Shown one piece after another: positions 56,757 to 64,000 of a DNA stretch of 64,000 bases (position 1 is the stretch's first letter; the number at the start of each line of letters is the position of its first letter). Position numbers and translations under genes: made by a program. Below the pieces are notes generated by a model. The model worked only from the letters and a program-made list of their open reading frames with translations. It had not been told where the DNA came from and made no database searches. This DNA is from Macrostomum lignano (lineage: Eukaryota), in NCBI GenBank assembly GCA_002269645.1, contig NIVC01000754.1, positions 186,001 to 250,000 on the forward strand. Direction: 5' to 3'.

Positions 56757-58309
56757 AGTTGGTTTGTATTGCAGAATTATTTGCAGATACAATTATTTGT
56801 CTTTTTTTGACACTCACGATGATCCTCTTTAAATAGCAATGGCCCCATTTTTGCGGGGTAATATACGCTCGTATAATCTGGGTATTACGAGTACATTAAG
56901 TGAAAACCGTTCGCTACGTGCAACACGGAGCTCATTAAGGTGTCTACAGCAAAGTACTATACGCTCGTAATGTAAGAGTAAATTTTAATTTGCTCGCTAA
57001 AGACAGGGGCGTAGCCAGGATTTCCGATTGGGGAGGCACATCTGCTAGAAGTTGGAGGGCCCAAGCGCCGGATTACAATAACTCTAATTACTCCGCGGGT
57101 CAAAGATTGAATAATAAAAAATTACACTTCTTTCAGAAATGATTTGAATAAAGCAGCATTATTTGATTTGCGCAGTCAAGGATGGCCAAGGATATTTTGA
57201 TAATTATCCATCTAAAGTACGAGTTAGGAAACAATGCAGCGAATTCACTACTCAACTCTGTATTAGCTAATTCACTTACCGAGACTGCATTTTGAACAGA
57301 GTACAGAACTGGGGTCTCCTCAGGTAGAATTCTGTAAGCTTGGTCTTGACAACGAGAGCTTTGCAAGTAGATAGATTATGTAGACTGCGCTGTTTTAGTT
57401 CCTTGTAGACAGAGGGCCCAAAATGGAGGATGGAGGGATGAGGGAAGGTGGCATGAAACACATTGGAGCAATGCACGGGGCGGGCGGACAATCCTCTCTA
57501 CCCGCATTTACCCTGCGCAGCACCAACCCCAGTCGGGGCTGCGGGCGGCAGAGGCAGAGGCGATACGGAAACACAAGAGCTATGTGTAGCCTTTATGGCG
57601 GATAGCTGAAAAAGGAAAAACTTCAAAGTACATTCTTGTAATCGGATCTGAATTGGGTTTGGCTGAATTTGAATTTGAAATTTGAAATTCGAAAAATGAA
57701 GGCGAGACGAGCGACGCTACTAAAAGCGCTACTGGTTTTTCAACGATGTTGTAGCTGTTAAGCGAAGTACGTGACAACTAATTTAGGGTATGAGAGCTCG
57801 TTAGTTCAGGAATGTACGCCAAAGATATGGTACCTTGTTCAGACTTCTTTCCCTAGATGTACACTGATTTATGTCAGACAGTGATTGGGGTGCATGAATA
57901 AAAATGAATAATATAATGTGACCACCTCAAAATTGGGTTGCAGAAAATTACACCAGTTTTCCAGCGTTAAGATTAGCTTAGTAGCGAACTCATTGTAGGG
58001 CGACTGAATTAAACTAGACATTGTTGTCGATGGCCGAAGGTTCTGAGCCAGGGTAAAGAATAAAAACAAAATCAATGCTTTTAACGAACTTTTTAAGCTG
58101 TTTATTATTAATGCTATCAGATTTCAGATTTACTTAATATATATTAAGCAATTGTTTCTGCTTACGATTCATTTTGAGATGTCCTAGGAATCGCTTTTGC
58201 CGCCTCAAAAAGACTATAGCTTATCCTAAGTGAATGTTGCTTAATCTTCAAGTCCTTATGGCAGTATGAATGCCGTAGAACTAATCGAATATTGCACCAC
58301 TTACCGTAG

Positions 58310-58675
58310 GCTTTACGACGAGACATGGGACAAGGTGAAGATCCTCTCGTGAGCAGAGTTCGGCGAAGAGGTGCACGAGGTGCTCGCCGAATTGAAGAAT
58401 GTCTGCGCGGTGGAAATCATCCTCCTGCCAGTCACCGAATCGCATTAGGAGTCGGAAGACTTAAAAAGCATCGATCGTGTAGTGAAAACAACGCAGCAGC
58501 TTTGCCGTCTGCATCAGGACAATGTCATCCGTTTCTACGAAATCAAACACAAGCAGTAGGAGGAGCAGTAGGAACCGTTGAGGTTCTGATGGAACTGATC
58601 ACCGACAAGACACTCGGCGAGTTCATTGGTAGTAAATGTCTGCCGGAAGCAGAAGCTAGGATTTTGTTAAAGCAG
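58310..58675 (+). pseudogene. Decayed kinase N-lobe exon paralogous to the ANK-kinase genes
   Basis: WDKVKILS*AEFGEEVHEV, CAVE, LCRLHQDNVIRFY, VLMELITDKTLGEFI...ARILLKQ|GTGAG. It ends at the same donor position as exon 6 of copies 1 and 2. Confidence 0.75.
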
Positions 58676-58732
58676 GTGAGTGATGCTATTGAGCACACTG
58701 ATCATAGTCTGATATCTCGAGATTACTTGCCT

Positions 58733-58845
58733 ACTACTGACGGGGGCGCAGGCGCCGCGATTAGGCCGCGAGTCCTCTATCGCAACCTCAATGTAAAGGA
58801 GACCAAGGTTTAACCTTGGGGGTGCACCCAGCTCCCGCCAGTAGT
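58733..58845. mobile_element. 113-bp MITE-like element
   Basis: ACTACTGACGGG / CCCGCCAGTAGT inverted ends with 1 mismatch, and internal palindrome CCAAGGTT-T-AACCTTGG. Confidence 0.45.
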
Positions 58846-59078
58846 CGACAAGTTTGCAGAGGAGGCACCGGTCGATATCCTGGACAAAGGCGCGAAGGTC
58901 ACGGATGTTGTCTGGGGTTGGTCAGCACATCCGCTTTATTGAAGTAAGGGTAGAAGATGTCGTGATGCTCCGCGGTCTCCTATTCAATGCCATAGAAACT
59001 AAAAGTGGTAGGGCAACGAGATATGTCTCTAGAAGAATCCATGAACGGTTAGGACCACCATGCAAACCTTTATGAGGA

Positions 59079-60218
59079 ATATAGTCTGGATAATCTCAGT
59101 GAACAGAGACTGGATAATCTCAGTGAACAGAGACTGGATAATCTCAGTGAATAGTCTGGATAATCTCAGTGAACAGAGACTGGATAATCTCAGTGAACAG
59201 AGACTGGATAATCTCAGTGAATAGTCTGGATAATCTCAGTGAACAGAGACTGGATAATCTCAGTGAACAGAGACTGGATAATCTCAGTGAATAGTCTGGA
59301 TAATCTCAGTGAATAGAGACTGGATAATCTCAGTGAACAGAGACTGGATAATCTCAGTGAATAGTCTGGATAATCTCAGTGAACAGAGACTGGATAATCT
59401 CAGTGAACAGAGACTGGATAATCTCAGTGAATAGTCTGGATAATCTCAGTGAACAGAGACTGGATAATCTCAGTGAATAGAGACTGGATAATCTCAGTGA
59501 ACTGAGACTGGATAATCTCAGTGAATAGAGACTGGATAATCTCAGTGAACAGAGACTGGATCATCTCGGTGAATAGAGACTGAATAATCTCAGTGAATAG
59601 TCTGGATAATCTCAGTGAACAGAGACTGGATAATCTCAGTGAACAGAGACTGGATAATCTCAGTGAATAGAGTCTGGAAAATCTCAGGGAATAGAGACTG
59701 GATAATCTCAGTGAACAGAGACTGGATAATCTCAGTGAATAGTCTGGATAATCTCAGTGAACAGAGACTGGATAATCTCAGTGAACAGAGACTGGATAAT
59801 CTCAGTGAATAGTCTGGATAATCTCAGTGAACAGAGACTGGATAATCTCAGTGAACAGAGACTGGATAATCTCAGTGAATAGTCTGGATAATCTCAGTGA
59901 ATAGAGACTGGATAATCTCAGTGAACAGAGACTGGATAATCTCAGTGAATAGTCTGGATAATCTCAGTGAACAGAGACTGGATAATCTCAGTGAACAGAG
60001 ACTGGATAATCTCAGTGAATAGTCTGGATAATCTCAGTGAACAGAGACTGGATAATCTCAGTGAATAGAGACTGGATAATCTCAGTGAACTGAGACTGGA
60101 TAATCTCAGTGAATAGAGACTGGATAATCTCAGTGAACAGAGACTGGATAATCTCAGTGAATAGAGACTGGATAATCTCAGTGAACAGAGACTGGATAAT
60201 CTCAGGTAACAGAGACTG
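59079..60218. repeat. 24/22-bp tandem repeat CTGGATAATCTCAGTGAA(CAGAGA|TAGT), often in 24+24+22 = 70-bp order
   Basis: Direct observation. Confidence 0.97.
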
Positions 60219-61031
60219 AGGATAATTTCGGTCAAGAGCTGCCATTCATAGCATACATAAACATAAGCATTAAAAACGTAAAGATACATTTGCATATATA
60301 AAGGTTTAGAGAGTTCCACATACCCTTTTTGCAGCCCGCAATCGAGATATTTAATAAATTTGGCATTCAAAACAGACTATTGAACCCCCCGATCAGCTGT
60401 TTATCTAAAGTCGAAATAAAACGCCATGGATATTACTCCTGAGGTGAAGAATAAAAAAGTAGTAGTTTTAATAACATTTGAAATTTGCAGAGGACTACAT
60501 AATAATATAGAATTATCTGTGGATACACTTATTTACAGCAAGATTATTGTGACTGGAGGTGGGTTAAGACTAAATTTGAATATTGAACAGCAAACATTTA
60601 ACAATTAAACTAACTGTTAGTAATAATAGATAGGCAGACAAAAAGCAGTTAGCCTCACAAGCAGCTCAATAAGCAATTACAGTAAAGCGAATTGGACAGC
60701 AGCAGGTTACAAAGTGCTCATCAGCCTCATCATTAGACATCCTACATGTCTATGGCAATGCACTTGAGCACTACTCACGAGTTGCTTCACTCCATGAGTA
60801 GCATGTGATGGATTTATTTTGTCGCCAGTGCGGATTTTTATGCAGATGGATCGATTGAGCATTCTGGTGCATTCTGTGCTTTGAGCAGCTGGAGTTGCCG
60901 GCGTCGCTGCGCTGCTCACGACTGCTCGGCCTCTGCACCGACTCAGAGTTGCGGCCTCCTCTCGACTCTTCCGCCTCTCTCGAAAGCTGCATGGTTCATA
61001 GCGAACTCAGCCACTGCGGTGACAGGGGAGG

Positions 61032-62081
61032 CAGCCCATTCACCAAATCACCCCATTCATCAATCCAGCGAATTAACCAATCCAGCCCATTCACCAGTCC
61101 AGCCCATTCACCAGTCCAGCCCATTCACCAGTCCAGCCCATTCACCAAATCACCCCATTCACCAATCCAGCTCATTCACCAATCCAGCCCATTCACCAGT
61201 CCAGCCCATTCACCAAATCACCCCATTCACCAATCCAGCTCATTCACCAATCCAGCCCATTCATCAATCCAGCGAATTAACCAATCCAGCCCATTCACCA
61301 ATCCAGCCCATTCACCAATCCAGCCCATTCACCAATCCAGCTCATTCATCAATCCAGCGAATTAACCAATCCAGCCCATTCACCATTCCAGCCCATTCAC
61401 CAATCCAGCTCATTCATCAATCCAGCGAATTAACCAATCCAGCCCATTCACCAGTCCAGCCCACTCACCAATCCAGCCCATTCACCAGTCCAGCCCATTC
61501 ACCAAATCACCCCATTCACCAATCCAGCTCATTCACCAATCCAGCCCATTCATCAATCCAGCGATTTAACCAATCCAGCCCATTCACCAGTCCAGCCCAT
61601 TCACCAGTCCAGCCCATTCACCAGTCCAGCCCATTCACCAAATCACCCCATTCACCAATCCAGCTCATTCACCAATCCAGCCCATTCATCAATCCAGCGA
61701 ATTAACCAATCCAGCCCATTCACCAATCCAGCCCATTCACCAATCCAGCCCATTCACCAATCCAGCTCATTCATCAATCCAGCGAATTAACCAATCCAGC
61801 CCATTCACCAATCCAGCCCACTCACCAATCCAGCCCATTCACCAGTCCAGCCCATTCACCAAATCACCCCATTCACCAATCCAGCTCATTCACCAATCCA
61901 GCCCATTCATCAATCCAGCGAATTAACCAATCCAGCCCATTCACCATTCCAGCCCATTCACCAATCCAGCCCATTCATCAATCCAGCGAATTAACCAATC
62001 CAGCCCATTCACCAAACCAGCCCATTCACCAAGTCAGCCCATTCACCAGTCCAGCCCATTCACCAATCCAGCCCATTCACC
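61032..62081. repeat. 17-bp tandem repeat CACCAATCCAGCCCATT with recurring variants
   Basis: Direct observation. Confidence 0.97.
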
Positions 62082-62291
62082 TCAGCCTGCGTTGCCCCTC
62101 ATAAAGCTTTCCTATTATTAGTTCGGGCATGGTGCTGTTGTGCTCTAAAATTAAAACGTAGTGCCTGCTACAATAATTATACGAGCGTATGCGCAGTAAT
62201 GAAGTAAAAAATTGGCCGCTTCTCAGCAGCACATGATTTTGACACATCGATATGAGCCCCCAAGATGAGTTTGCAGCCATGCACTGAAGTT

Positions 62292-62925
62292 GCACTGCAA
62301 TGAGAATGAGCACACTGTAGTGAGAGTGAGCGCACTACAGTGAGAGTGAGCACACTGCAGTGAGAGTGAGCACACTGCAGTGAGAATGAGCACACTGCAG
62401 CTAGAGAGAGCACACTGTAGCTAGAGAGAGCACACTGCAGTGAGAATGGGCACACTGCAGTTAGAATGAGCACACTGCAGTGAGAGTGAGCGCACTACAG
62501 TGAGAGTGAGCGCACTACAGTGAGAGTGAGCGCACTACAGTGAGAGTGAGCACACTGCAGTGAGAATGAGCACACTGCAGTGAGATTGAGCACACTGCAG
62601 TTAGAATGAGCACACTGCAGTTAGAATGAGCACACTGCAGTTAGAATGAGCACACTGCAGTTATAATGAGCACACTGCAGTTAGAATGAGCACACTGCAG
62701 TTAGAATGAGCACACGGCAGTGAGATTGAGCACACTGCAGCGAGAGTGAGCACACTGCAGTGAGAGTGAGCACACTGCAGTTAGAATGAGCACACTGCAG
62801 TGAGGATGAGCACACTGCAATGAGAATGAGCACACTGCAGTTAGAATGAGCACACTGCAGTTAGAATGAGTATACTGCAGTGAGAATGAGCACACTGCAG
62901 TGAGAATGAGTGAGCACACTGCAAT
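62292..62925. repeat. 20-bp tandem repeat GTGAGAATGAGCACACTGCA
   Basis: About 31 copies. Confidence 0.97.
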
Positions 62926-62928
62926 GCG

Positions 62929-63212
62929 AGTGAGCTGTGATGTGTCAGCAGCAGTGACTACTCAGTGTCCCCATGCAAATCGTGAGCTGTGATGTGTCAG
63001 CAGCACTGACTACTCAGTGTCCCCATGCAAATCGTGAGCTGTGATGTGTCAGCAGCACTGACTACTCAGTGTCCCCATGCAAATCGTGAGCTGTGATGTG
63101 TCAGCAGCACTGACTACTCAGTGTCCCCATGCAAATCGTGAGCTGTGATGTGTCAGCAGCACTGACTACTCAGTGTCCCCATGCAAATCGTGATAAGCTG
63201 TGATGTGTCAGT
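62929..63212. repeat. 52-bp tandem repeat GTGAGCTGTGATGTGTCAGCAGCACTGACTACTCAGTGTCCCCATGCAAATC
   Basis: About 5.5 copies. Confidence 0.95.
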
Positions 63213-64000
63213 AGTATTAACGGTCGTGATATTTTAACCACTAGAAAATTTCAATTCTGGCAATGGTCTGTGCACCAGAAACTACATCATGTCGAATTGA
63301 ACCCCGCAGCCAGCTGAGCCATGCTGCACAGCATGCATCTCGCCACCCAGACTCGCACAGAGCTTCATCAGGAGCTTAAAGAGATTCCGATCAGACCCGA
63401 TCTGCAGAGGCTGATGAGGCAGCAACGCTACAAGGCAGACCGCAGCGGCCCACCGGAAGAGCGAGTGGCGGTGCAGCTGCGTGAAGCACCTGAGAGGCTG
63501 CACAGGATGCAGAAGCAGAGTTGATGGTGTTTATGGTTCGCTCAGAGCCAGCCAGTGCTTCAGCATTAAAATACTGTAAACAGTTGCCATGGCTTATCTG
63601 ACTGCATCTCTTACTGGCACAAGAGTTGTCCAGCCTGCACTTTGCTGCAATTCAGTCGTGGCTGCAGCTGATTAACTTTATGCCTGCAGCCTTGAGCTGA
63701 GGGTTCAGACCGAATGGATGCAACAGGGACAGGGGATGGAGCTGTATTGGTGACCAGCCTCTGCTCTCCATCATGCAGTCTCGCACACCGAAATTCGAAT
63801 TCTATATTTCTTGGGAGATTTCTGTAATTCCCAGCGTCTCTTCTGCATCAGTCCGCAACTTTGAGTCCTGTAGCTGCGTGACTGAGAGCAAACCCCAGCT
63901 AAGTGTTGAGAATAATGAGTGCTTTGTTTCCGAATATCTGAATTGTAGTTTTTTATTGTTGCTCAGTGAGCTCAGTGAGATGGCATCAGCAGGAACTGGA

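Noticed and set aside
57004-57090. hAT-like terminus CAGGGGCGTAGCCAGG
   Set aside because: No matching opposite end or 8-bp TSD was found in the window.
2254-63212. Regular 24-60-bp repeats as possible CRISPR arrays
   Set aside because: There are no unique spacers or cas genes, the context is eukaryotic, and all are head-to-tail tandem repeats.
60771-63524. Exon-like ORFs 60771-60992 (-) and 63321-63524 (+)
   Set aside because: They look coding-like but have no recognisable domain and could not be joined to other exons, so they are not listed as features.

Overview
Repeat-rich animal genomic DNA with GT-AG introns and no prokaryotic features. The style suggests an invertebrate, possibly a flatworm such as Macrostomum, but this is a guess from sequence style only. 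Main content: (1) Two tandem minus-strand paralogs of a spliced ankyrin-repeat + STE/MAP3K-like kinase gene: copy 1 at about 15088-19716 and copy 2 at about 27225-55655. I reconstructed the exons by hand and their splice phases are consistent. A third, decayed kinase exon lies near 58.3 kb. (2) One intron of copy 2 is expanded to about 24.7 kb by nested insertions. A Ty3/gypsy element (30287-54119) carries a 14.2-kb Polinton/Maverick (adintovirus-like; 31020-45258, 434-bp TIRs, 6-bp TSD) in its gag. It also carries a second gypsy (47501-52709, perfect CCAGG TSD) in its integrase, and three solo-LTR-like inserts sit in the nest. A tRNA-derived SINE lies beside it. (3) The Polinton encodes pPolB, integrase, adenain protease, packaging ATPase, major and minor capsid proteins, a parvovirus-type PLA2 and several small membrane-active-looking proteins. 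It has an unusual doubled right end and a candidate Pol III RNA unit. (4) The rest is a decayed P-element/THAP9-like transposase, an intronless TRAF-like gene with one stop, a truncated gypsy, LINE fragments, MITEs and many tandem repeats. Most long low-complexity ORFs in the supplied track are translations of satellite DNA. Identity and copy-number figures are by-eye estimates.
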